A stretch of DNA of 64,000 bases, taken from Blastocladiella emersonii ATCC 22665. Its lineage: Eukaryota > Fungi > Blastocladiomycota. Under the pieces are notes generated by a model that saw nothing but the letters and a program-made list of their open reading frames with translations, made no database searches and had not been told where the DNA came from. Below are positions 36,200-45,639 of the stretch, one piece after another; the stretch's first letter is position 1; each line of letters begins with the position of its first letter. Position numbers and translations under genes: made by a program. The DNA is taken from the NCBI GenBank assembly GCA_025594325.1, contig JANHCV010000001.1:1426001-1490000 (forward strand). Direction: 5' to 3'.

Positions 36200-38878
36200 A
36201 TGGCCCCGGACCTGTCGACGCGCCGCGCCCAACCTACGCCCAAACCGCTCGACAAGCCTGCCGCAACGCGCCGCCGCTTCTTCGTCGACCTCGACGCCGC
36301 CGACGCCGACGGCAGCAGCACTGCGCCCGCCGCGCTCGACCCGCACCTCGCTCCCGACTGGCCCATCGTGTCGCCCGTCAACCCGTCCCCGTCGCCGCCG
36401 CCACCCGCCGCATCCTACGCGTCCGTCGTCAAGGGCATGCCAGGCCCACCATCGCGCTCGGCCCGCGCGGCCGCGGCGCCGCCACAACCGTGCAACACGG
36501 ACGCGTCGCTCGCCGCCTTCCTCGCCGCCGACGACACGGGCCCGATCCCGGGCGCGCTCCTGTTCCGCCCCGCCGCCGAGGAGATGTCCGAGCGCGGCCG
36601 GTCGCGCACCGCGCGCGCCCCGCTGCGCCGCGACCGCAACGGGTTCACCGAGGACTCCATCTTCTTTGACCCGGATCTCGTCGACGACGGGAACGGGGGG
36701 AGCGGCGGCCCGCTCTCGCCCGGCGACGACGCCTTCTTCAGCCAGGCCGCTGCTGCCGAGGACAAGAACTCCATCTTCGACCTCCCGCCCTCGGCCTGGT
36801 CCGTCGCGCCCAGCGCTGCCACACCGCCGCCCAAGCCGCCAGCGAGAAAGGAGGAGGAGAGCGCCGCGAGGCCCAAGCTCACGGGCATCTTCTACGCCAG
36901 CGACCCTGAGGACGACGAGAAGGGCGCCGGGAGCAGTAGTAGTACGTTCGACTCGGACTTTTTCTCCACGGGCTCGTCGCCGACCCCGGCCCCCGCACCA
37001 GCGTCGTCGTCGTCGCTCCGCCCGCCGCCCGGAGCAGGGCCGCTCAAGACGAAAAACTCCATCTTCGACGCACCGCCCTCGCCCGTCCTGCCCGCCTCGG
37101 CCCGCGCCAACGCCGCCGCGGCGCCGAGCCTGACCCTCTCCTCGTCGTCGTCCTCGTCCGACTCGGGCCGCCGGTCGCAGTCGCCGTCCAAGCACCTGAT
37201 GCCGAGCTGCAGCCCGATCCTGATCCCGTACTACCGCGACGAGCCGCCGCCGCTCGCGCTGCGCGACACCTCGGTCAGCATCTCGCACGGCTCGCTGTGG
37301 ACGTGGCGGCCCATGCACTCGCCCGGCGGGACGACGCGCCACCGGTCGCCCACCGTCACGGGCGGCGCCGACCCGTCGCTCTCCACGTCCCCGACGCGCG
37401 ACGGCGCGCCCGCGCGCCCGTACCGCCGCCGCCGCAGCTCGCGCGACGACTCGGTGCGCGACCCGCGGCTCCTGCACCACCACGGCGCGTCGGGCACCGG
37501 GGCGTCCGCGTCCGCGACGTCGATCCGGCCCGGCGCCATGGTCAACCCGGCCGCCGCCGTCCGCGAGCCCGTCGACCCGCAGTCGTTCATCCTGCACTTT
37601 GTCCCGCTCAAGAAGAACCTGCTCGGGATCGGCCTCCACGCCCACGTCTACCGCGGCACCTACCACGCGCGCGCCGGCGCCCCCGAGCGCGCGTGCGCCG
37701 TCAAGGTCCTCCACGAGACGGCCGAGTCGCAGCGGTGTGGTCTGCGCGAGGCCGCGCTCCTCGCGCGGTGTATGCACCCGAACATCGTGGATCTCGTCGA
37801 GGTGCTCGACGTCGCCAACCACCCGTGGCCGGCGGGTGGAGCCGACGCGCCGCGTGCGGAAGATGGGTGGGAACGCGTCTCGCTCGCGAACCTCCGGTTC
37901 CCGCCTGACGAGGCCCTGCTCGAGTCGTCCATCGTCGCGACCTCCGACCGCGCACGCGCGAACTGGGCCGCCGCCGAGGCCGCGGCCGCGGCAGCACAGC
38001 GACGCGGGTCCACGGGGTGCCTGCTCGACCCAGCAACACCCGCCGACGACCACGCGCAGCCGCACCGCGTCGCGGCGTCGACCGACAACCTGTCGACGAC
38101 GACGGGGACGGTCGAGACGTACGCGACGCCGCGGTCGCCCGAGTACGTGCTGGTGCTCGAGCTGTGCGAGGGCGGGTGCTTGTGGAAGTACGTGCGGTCG
38201 CACCCTCTGGGCATCGGGCGGCGGCAGTGGATGCGGTGGGCACGGCAGCTCGCGCAGGCCGTCGAGCACATGCACACGCAGCGCGTCGTGCACCACGACA
38301 TCAAGCCGCAGAACATTCTTCTCGACGAGTTCCACGGCATCAAGCTGTCGGATTTCGGCGGGGCCGAGAAGGTCCCCCGCCAGGGCTTCTTCGAGGACGG
38401 CGTCGGCAAGGGCACGCTCGCGTACATGGCGCCCGAGCTCGTCAACTCGCTGCCGTACCACGCGTCCGTCGATATCTACTCGCTCGGCGCGACGCTGTAC
38501 GTGATCGGGATCTTGGGGCACGAGCCGTTCCAGGGGTGCACGTCGCCCGTCCAGCTCCTCATGGCCGTCGGCCGCGGGTTCTGGAAGTGGCCCACCAACT
38601 ACCCGGACCCGAACCTGCACTCGCGCGTCGCCGACGCCTTCGAGGAGCCCGACACCCGCGCCGTCAACCCGGGCATGCACCTCCGCCGCGGCGTCCCACA
38701 CCCGCACGCGCCGTCGCGCTTCGTCCGGTTCCTCAACGGCGACCTCGTCGACGCGCCCATCTGGAACCTCCTCCAGCGGTGCCTCGACGCGGACCCGGAG
38801 AACCGGCCGACCGCCGCGGAGCTTGTTCGCGAGCTGCGCGGGCTCGACGGGCTCGATGTCGTGGACGCGGAACTGTGA
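36200..38878 (+). CDS. Ser/Thr protein kinase (non-RD, HHD) with long disordered N-terminus and a kinase-domain insertion
   Basis: GIGLHAHV, CAVK, HPNIV, HHDIKPQNILL, DFG, GTLAYMAPE, DIYSLG. ATG 36200 in good context; exact start uncertain. Confidence 0.85.
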   Translation: MAPDLSTRRAQPTPKPLDKPAATRRRFFVDLDAADADGSSTAPAALDPHLAPDWPIVSPVNPSPSPPPPAASYASVVKGMPGPPSRSARAAAAPPQPCNTDASLAAFLAADDTGPIPGALLFRPAAEEMSERGRSRTARAPLRRDRNGFTEDSIFFDPDLVDDGNGGSGGPLSPGDDAFFSQAAAAEDKNSIFDLPPSAWSVAPSAATPPPKPPARKEEESAARPKLTGIFYASDPEDDEKGAGSSSSTFDSDFFSTGSSPTPAPAPASSSSLRPPPGAGPLKTKNSIFDAPPSPVLPASARANAAAAPSLTLSSSSSSSDSGRRSQSPSKHLMPSCSPILIPYYRDEPPPLALRDTSVSISHGSLWTWRPMHSPGGTTRHRSPTVTGGADPSLSTSPTRDGAPARPYRRRRSSRDDSVRDPRLLHHHGASGTGASASATSIRPGAMVNPAAAVREPVDPQSFILHFVPLKKNLLGIGLHAHVYRGTYHARAGAPERACAVKVLHETAESQRCGLREAALLARCMHPNIVDLVEVLDVANHPWPAGGADAPRAEDGWERVSLANLRFPPDEALLESSIVATSDRARANWAAAEAAAAAAQRRGSTGCLLDPATPADDHAQPHRVAASTDNLSTTTGTVETYATPRSPEYVLVLELCEGGCLWKYVRSHPLGIGRRQWMRWARQLAQAVEHMHTQRVVHHDIKPQNILLDEFHGIKLSDFGGAEKVPRQGFFEDGVGKGTLAYMAPELVNSLPYHASVDIYSLGATLYVIGILGHEPFQGCTSPVQLLMAVGRGFWKWPTNYPDPNLHSRVADAFEEPDTRAVNPGMHLRRGVPHPHAPSRFVRFLNGDLVDAPIWNLLQRCLDADPENRPTAAELVRELRGLDGLDVVDAEL

Positions 38879-38953
38879 GATGAGAGTATATAAGACATCA
38901 TCGCGTAGTGATTGATCGATTTCGATTGTTTTTGTGTGCTACATCACCACAGC

Positions 38954-41644
38954 TCAGAACCGGCCGCGACCTCCACCGCGCCCACCGCGGCCACCACCAC
39001 GACCTCCACGACCACCACGCCCGCCACGGCCACCGCGACCTCCGCGTCCGCCGCGCGAACCGCCACGACCGCCACCGCGGCCGCCGTGACCGCGATCACC
39101 GTTGCTGTTGCCAGCGTGGCCCGCGGCCTCGGTGTGCGCGGCCGACGACGTCTCGACGCGCATGATCTCGCGCAGCGCCATGGTCGCGTACGTCGACACG
39201 GGCAGCTGGAACTTGATCTTGAGGGCGAGGCCGGGCTCGGGGACGCGCGCGGGCGCGGGAGCGGGCGCCGGGGCGTCCGTGTCCATGGGCTCCGCCTCAG
39301 CGGCCTCCTCGGCCGCGGGCTTGGTCTCCTCCTTGGTGGCGGCGGCGGCGGCGGCGGGGAACTGCGGGAGCTCGGCGAGCTTGCCGTCCTTGATGAGCAC
39401 CTGCTTATCGTCGTCGGCGCGGGCGAAATGGTCGGGCGTCGGGTTGGTGGCGTCGGGGTCGTGGATGACTTCGTACTCGACGCGGGCCGGGACCACGACG
39501 ACCGCGCGGTACGCGCCGGGCGCGCGCAGCGCCCACGACACGTCCGACTTGAACTTGGCGTCGTTGAGCGTCAGCGCGTCGGCGGCCAGCTTGGCCTCGT
39601 AAAAGTCGCGCAGGTTCATAGGGTACTCGGTCAGGAACCCGGGGCACGGCAGCACCACGTCCGTGTTGGCGAAAGTGCCCGACGCGAGGTCGGCGGCCGT
39701 CAGCGCGCGGACCGCGGGCAACGCGTCGTCCTTCTTGCCACCGCGGTGGTGGTCCTTGCCCTTGCCCTTTTTCCCGTTGTCGGCGTTCGCGGACGGGGCG
39801 AGGACGGGCTCGGCCTCGGCAGCGCGCGCGGCCGCGGGGTCGACAAGCACCAGGTCGCCCTCGACGGGCGCGGGCCCGTGGCGGCGCAGCCGCTCGGACG
39901 CGGCAAAGTTCCACACGGCCGACTGGTACGCGTGGACGTACATGGACAGGAGGCGCGCGGGGACCGCGAGCACGGCGCGGCGCATCTCGTCCTTCTCGGC
40001 GTCGGCCAGCGCGGCCGCGGGCTTGGCGAGGGTCTCGGGTGCGACGTTGTTGTCGGCAAAGTACTTGAGCACGGCGCGCTCGCCGAGCGCCGCGTACGGG
40101 AACACGGCGAGAGACTCGCGGGCATCGTGCGACTTGGCCCACGTCGCGCGCGCCGCCGTGTACGCCGCGTTCTCGTGCGGGCGCGGGTCCAGCAGCAGCC
40201 CGACCACGCCGCGCCAGTCCTGCGCCAGCAGCGCGCGGCCCAGCTCGTGCGACCCGACGGACCCCGTGCCGAAACGCTGCATGCCAAAGTAGTTGATGAA
40301 GCCGCGCGACTCGAGCGAGGTCACGGCGCGCGCGATCGTCGACTCAAGGTCGGCGGGCTCGGCCGAAGTCGCAGCCGCGGAAGTGGTGCCGTGGTCGGCG
40401 AGCACGGCGGCCGTGTCGAGCGGCTTGACCTGGCGCAGCACGATGGTGAAGTGGTTGCCGCCCGAGCCGCCGAGCTTGAGCGGGTCGGCGACAAACTCAA
40501 AGTTGCCGACGAGGATCTTGGACTTGGGGTGGTTGATGGTCGACAGCTTCTCGGGGAGCACCTTGTGGGCGGTGACGCGCTGCACCGTGACGGCGCGCTT
40601 GTCCTTGTTGCCGGCGATGGCAAACGCCTTGGCCGAGGTGCCCGTGCGGTACGCGAGCTCCTCCATGGCGACCATGTTGTCCGTGTTGTCCTTGTACATG
40701 ACAAACGACACGTACTCGGCGCCCTTCTCCTCCCACACGGCGGCCTCGCGGCGCTTGGTCTCGCGGAAGTTGCGCGTGTCGCGGTCGCTGAACTTGCCAA
40801 ACTGCAGCGCAAACACGCCCTCGTCGGTCGCCGCGCGCACGTGCGTCAGCGGCAGCGCCGTCTTGATCAGCGTGTGGATGTCGCGGCGCAGGTCGCGGTC
40901 GTCGACGCGCGTCGCCGACGTCACCGACACGGGCGCCAGGTGGTTGGCCGCCTGCACCGACTGCAGGTACTCGACGGTGCGCAGCTTGGCGAGCCACGCC
41001 GTCAGCGACGCGAAAAAGTCGGCGTCCTTGGCACCCGCCTCCCAGCCGGGCGTCTTGGCGTACAGCTCGCGCAGCGACGCGACGAACGCGGCCGCGTCCG
41101 CCGACGAGACGAACCCGGGCAGCGCCGCGGCAGCCGCCTCCTCGCTCGGCGTCTCGGCGTCGGCGGCCAGCGCAGCCGCCTTCTCGGCCGCCGCGAGCGC
41201 GGCGCGCTTGCGCTCGGGGATCACCTGCTCGACCTCGGTCAGGTACACGGGGTTCCCCGCGGGATCGACCTCGCGCACGATGAAGTCGGTCGACCACGTC
41301 TTGAAGATGCCCGAGAAGCCCGGGTTGTCCCGCAGCATGTACTCCTCGATCCCGAAGTTGGCCTGGCGCTGCAGCGACTGGATCGTCGCGGACACGGCGG
41401 GCGCGGACGACGACGACGCCAACTCGTCCTCATCATCGTCGCTCATGGTCATGACCGCGTCCGGCACACCTGGAACCGACACGGGCACGGGGCCGGACGT
41501 GACGCGGCGCCGCTTGGTGTCGGGCGCCTCGTCGGACGCGAGCGCAGGACGCGGGCGCTCGGGCGCGGGCACGGTGGTGGTGGCAGCGGCAGGCTGCTCG
41601 GTGGGCTGCATGGCCGCAGCGGCCGGCTGCTCGTTGGGGTTCAT
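38954..41644 (-). CDS. PUS7: Pseudouridine synthase TruD/Pus7 with C-terminal RGG box
   Basis: FSGIFKTWSTDFIVRE, MYKDNTDNM, AGNKDKRAVTVQ, GNHFTIVLR, FINYFGMQRFG, MYVHAYQS, KFQLPVSTYATMALRE. Confidence 0.92.
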   Translation of the reverse strand: MNPNEQPAAAAMQPTEQPAAATTTVPAPERPRPALASDEAPDTKRRRVTSGPVPVSVPGVPDAVMTMSDDDEDELASSSSAPAVSATIQSLQRQANFGIEEYMLRDNPGFSGIFKTWSTDFIVREVDPAGNPVYLTEVEQVIPERKRAALAAAEKAAALAADAETPSEEAAAAALPGFVSSADAAAFVASLRELYAKTPGWEAGAKDADFFASLTAWLAKLRTVEYLQSVQAANHLAPVSVTSATRVDDRDLRRDIHTLIKTALPLTHVRAATDEGVFALQFGKFSDRDTRNFRETKRREAAVWEEKGAEYVSFVMYKDNTDNMVAMEELAYRTGTSAKAFAIAGNKDKRAVTVQRVTAHKVLPEKLSTINHPKSKILVGNFEFVADPLKLGGSGGNHFTIVLRQVKPLDTAAVLADHGTTSAAATSAEPADLESTIARAVTSLESRGFINYFGMQRFGTGSVGSHELGRALLAQDWRGVVGLLLDPRPHENAAYTAARATWAKSHDARESLAVFPYAALGERAVLKYFADNNVAPETLAKPAAALADAEKDEMRRAVLAVPARLLSMYVHAYQSAVWNFAASERLRRHGPAPVEGDLVLVDPAAARAAEAEPVLAPSANADNGKKGKGKDHHRGGKKDDALPAVRALTAADLASGTFANTDVVLPCPGFLTEYPMNLRDFYEAKLAADALTLNDAKFKSDVSWALRAPGAYRAVVVVPARVEYEVIHDPDATNPTPDHFARADDDKQVLIKDGKLAELPQFPAAAAAATKEETKPAAEEAAEAEPMDTDAPAPAPAPARVPEPGLALKIKFQLPVSTYATMALREIMRVETSSAAHTEAAGHAGNSNGDRGHGGRGGGRGGSRGGRGGRGGRGGRGGRGGRGGGRGGRGGGRGRF

Positions 41645-42023
41645 GGCGAGTCCGTCGTGTGCTTCGTGGGCACGGGTGGCAGATGATCGGCGGCAGCGGT
41701 GGCGAGGATGTGTGGCGAGACGCGTGGCCGCGGGCGCGATCGGCGCGTTGTGGCTTTTTGCGACCCGTTGGGCGTGGGGTCACGCCGCCCGTCGCTACGC
41801 CGATCCTCGGCTCGTCCTTCTCGCCCAACCTGCTACCGGGCTCTAAAATGAATCTATCTTGATGCAATGTCATTAGAAACTCATGAAGCTCATGTAACTT
41901 CGTCGTGGCGCACGCACTACGACTTCACTTCAGGCTCGCCGTCAGCCTCCATTTCTTTGCCGAACGTGTCGGATGATGCACAAAGTCAATGTACATTTAG
42001 TGCTGCCGGGGGGCAGCCTCGGC

Positions 42024-42500
42024 TTATACACTGTTTGATGCACGGATCATGTGGATGAAGCAAAGGAGCTGGAACGCCAGATCAAGCACCTGCTTGTAAA
42101 ACGCGATGCCTCCGTAAGATACGTGATCCACGGCATTACAGATTTCACCGACCTTGCCACAAAGCGCAGCAACGTGGGAGATAGTGACGAACGGCGACAA
42201 GGTTCCTTGGTGTGAGAGCTCGTCTTCAAGCTTGCCAGCGAAAGCGAGAACAGGGTCCATGTACTTTCGTGCTTGCTCGAGGTGGGCATGGAGATCAACT
42301 ACTCGGAGCTCAAACTCGGCAATGAGGCTTGGATAGTTGCTCGCGTATTCGTTGAGATTAAATCGGATCATGGGCATGCGAGCCAACAACCTGTCGAGAC
42401 AAGAAATGACCGTCGTAAGCTGAACACGCGCGCACTCGTTGGAGCATTTGAGCCATTGAGAGATCTCGGAAACGTTGCGCATCGCATCGTGAGAGGCCAT
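42024..42500 (-). CDS. Orphan all-alpha protein (about 158 aa) in a lower-GC island
   Basis: Open frame with amphipathic helical pattern and mild GC3 preference. No family recognised. Confidence 0.42.
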   Translation of the reverse strand: MASHDAMRNVSEISQWLKCSNECARVQLTTVISCLDRLLARMPMIRFNLNEYASNYPSLIAEFELRVVDLHAHLEQARKYMDPVLAFAGKLEDELSHQGTLSPFVTISHVAALCGKVGEICNAVDHVSYGGIAFYKQVLDLAFQLLCFIHMIRASNSV

Positions 42501-42833
42501 CGTCACCACCTCCAAAGTTTGTAGCGAAGACTGTGCGCGCACGCATCGGCTGACCGTTGCAGACGACAATCGCTGCACATCAGTGAGGCACAAGATTCAT
42601 AGTAGACAATTGGGGCCGTGAGCGTGTTCCGTCAAGCATGAGCGTGTACGAGTGGTCAACATTTCGGGAATGATGCGTGGACTTGTTGGAGGAGGCTGAG
42701 CAACGCCACCGGCGATGCGCTCGTTTCGAAGCGGCGATTTTGCGTTCAAGTCATGTGGGACCACGCTACCAGTTGCAAGGCGCATGCGTGCATGGCCGGC
42801 TGCCCGCTCTGTTCTACCACATTTACAGCGAAC

Positions 42834-44323
42834 ATGGAACAAACTACTGAGAGTCCGCGCAAGGAGGTTGTCAAGCTGACGCGGCCCGCGAGTTCGCCGC
42901 CGGGGTCCCCGCAGTCGCCCAAGCGCCGGCGGACCGAGGCGAGTCCCGCCAGCAAGGTCTCTTCGGGGCCGAGCGCGACGGCCGAGACGGCCGAGCCGGC
43001 CAAGGAACCGCTCCGCGTGCTCGAGTTCTACTCGGGGATCGGTGGAATGGTGCGCCATGACGAGGAGCACCGCAAAGGCGCCGCTACTGACGACAGCGTA
43101 TGGTTGTAGCAATACGCGCTCAATACCGCGGGCGTTGATGGTACTTGTAACGCACCAGACCGGCGACACGGACCGAGAGTCTAACGTAGCGCGAACCGTG
43201 TGTAGCCAAGGTCCTCGCCGCCTTCGAGGTCAACGACTTTGCCAACGCCGTGTACGCGCACAACTTCGGCAAGGGCGTCGTGGTGCAGGGCCTGATCGAG
43301 GGCCAGTCGGTCGCGCAGTTCGAGAAGCACGGGGCGGACCTGTGGACCATGTCGCCGCCGTGCCAGCCGTTCTCGCGGCAGCTGACGGCCAAGCAGGAGG
43401 GCTCGAGCGACCCGCGGTCCAAGTCCTTCTTCTACATGCTCGACGTGCTGCGCAAGCTCGAGCGCAAGCCGCGGTACCTGCTCGTCGAGAACGTCAAGGG
43501 GTTCGACGAGTCGGATGCGCGCGACGTGCTCGTGGCGACGCTGACCGAGCTCGGGTACCACACGCGCGAGTTCCTGCTCAACCCGCTGCAGATCGGGATC
43601 CCCAATTCGCGCCTGCGGTACTACCTCGTGGCGCGGCTCGGTGTCCCGTTCGCGCTGCCGCCGGCGCCCGCGCGCGAGTTCAAGGACGCGAGCAACGAGC
43701 CCGAGGTGCTCGTGGACGGCGTGCCGCTGCACCAGGCTGAGACGGTCCCCGTCGGGCTGGCCAAGCCGACCAAGGACCCGGCGGTCACGGCGACGACGCC
43801 GGCGGGCGTGTGGGACGTGTTCCCGGGCCGCGCTGACGTGCCGCGCGAGGCGGTGCGCGAGGTGCGCGAGTTCCTGGAGCCGGCCAAGGCCGAGGCGCAG
43901 GCGTGGAAGGACGCGGTGGTGTGGAAGCGCACGCCGCTGTTCGACATCGTGACGCCCGGGTACCGGCGGTCGTGCTGCTTCACGAAAAACTACTACACGT
44001 ACTTTGAGGGCACGGGGTCGGTGCTGCAGGAGAACGAGGCCATGGTGGTGCAGGACGTGTGGCCGACGTTCCTCGAGCGGCAGCCGACAGCGCTCGCGCA
44101 GATTGCGCGCAAGGAGGCGGTGACCGAGGTGGAGAACCCGCTGGTCCCGCTACGGCTGCGCTACTTTACGCCGCGCGAGGTGGCCAACCTCATGTGCTTC
44201 CCGCCCGAGTTCTCGTTCCCGGACCGCATCACGCTCAAGCAGCGGTACCGGCTGCTCGGCAACTCGATCAACGTCCGCGTGGTGGCCGAGCTGCTCAAGT
44301 TTGTGTTGGATCCGTCGTCGTGA
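42834..44323 (+). CDS. DNMT2: tRNA (cytosine-38 C5)-methyltransferase DNMT2/TRDMT1/Pmt1; introns 43050-43109, 43141-43205
   Basis: LEFYSGIGGM, SPPCQPF, LVENVKGF, GIPNSRLRYY, CFTK target-recognition motif, LRYFTPREVANL, LLGNSINV. Confidence 0.93.
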
Positions 44324-44377
44324 TAGTAAAGTAATGTACACTAGTCTATTTAGTAGCTATAGCTCGCCCAACCATAC

Positions 44378-45061
44378 CTATTCCGAGGACGGCGCGGGCA
44401 GCGTCATCTTGATCGTGGCGGGGGACGCGTTGCCGTCCTTGGCCCTGGCGGCGGCCTCCATCTGGGCGCGGGCGAGTCGCTCGAGCAGGGCGGGGTCGCT
44501 CTCGAGCATCTTCTCGAGGAAGGCCTGGGACTGCGGGTCCTTTGCGCGGATCGAGACCTTGCGGACGTGCTCCTCGGGCTGCTGCTCGCGCAGAATCTCC
44601 TCGACGTTCTTGCCGTCCTGGAACCAGCCCTTGTTGTCGGCGATGAGGTGCAGCTTCTCGCAGCCGTCGCAGCGGATCAGGACGACGCCCTTGGTGTAGC
44701 TGTGGTGCGAGACCAGCTTGCTCACGCGCGTATTGCACATCTTGCACGTGAAGGCGAGCAGGAACTTGCCGCCGCCGTCGGGCAGCGTCACCTCGGCCTC
44801 GCCCGACACGGTGGTCTCGGCGGACGCGGCGACGGATTCGGCTGGCCGGTGGTGGCCGTGGTGGTGATGTGTTGGGTCGGTGCAGACGTGCTTGTTGTTG
44901 TGGGCATCGAGACGCGGCGCGAGCAGCGAGAAGGCGGCTCGGTGGAGGACCGCCGCCGCCGCGCGATGGCGGGTCACTGGCGCGGCGGCCTCGGCGCGCA
45001 GGACGCCGGCGAGTGCATTGCGGGCAGTCAGGCCGCTGGCGTGGAGCATGGAGCGATACAT
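44378..45061 (-). CDS. ZIM17: Mitochondrial Hsp70 escort protein Zim17/Tim15 (zf-DNL)
   Basis: FTCKMC...SHHSYTKGVVLIRCDGCEKLHLIADNKGWF. Arg/Ala-rich presequence-like N-terminus. Confidence 0.92.
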   Translation of the reverse strand: MYRSMLHASGLTARNALAGVLRAEAAAPVTRHRAAAAVLHRAAFSLLAPRLDAHNNKHVCTDPTHHHHGHHRPAESVAASAETTVSGEAEVTLPDGGGKFLLAFTCKMCNTRVSKLVSHHSYTKGVVLIRCDGCEKLHLIADNKGWFQDGKNVEEILREQQPEEHVRKVSIRAKDPQSQAFLEKMLESDPALLERLARAQMEAAARAKDGNASPATIKMTLPAPSSE

Positions 45062-45639
45062 GGCTTGCTGAAGTGTGAAATGGGAGAGAAGATCGGCGAC
45101 CGTCGCGTCAACAGCGCGGCAGGCAGGGACGCTGCCGCTCTATCCGGATACCGCTGCAGCCGCACGTGGGCGGTATCTATTCCATGCGGATTGACTGCAT
45201 GCGGCGCGTCGCTGATCCGAAACAGGCAGGCAGCGCGGACAAGGGCGCGAGCTTATCCCTTCCAAACCCGCGCCGGCGTTGAGTTGGTGACGAGCGATGA
45301 GTCGTGCGAGCGTCAGCGTGGGCAGTCCCGCGAGCGAGCGTGAATCAGCCAGGATCGCTCGCCGCGAGGGAGGAGGGGAAGGAAGGCGTCTCGCGGTGCG
45401 AGTCTCCCACCGTTCCCGGCCGCGACCATCTTTCCTCTCTCTCTCGCGCAACGTGTCCTGCCTCGTAATTCGAAAGCTATACCCTCGCGCAACTTGCTGC
45501 CTTGCACGGAACTGCCATCGGCACCGACGGATCAACGCCCATCGCCCGCCATCGCGTCTGATCAGCTCGACGCGTGCCCACCATCACCGACTTGACCACC
45601 GCGCTCTTCGCGTCACCAACTCAGCCGACCATCACCGCG

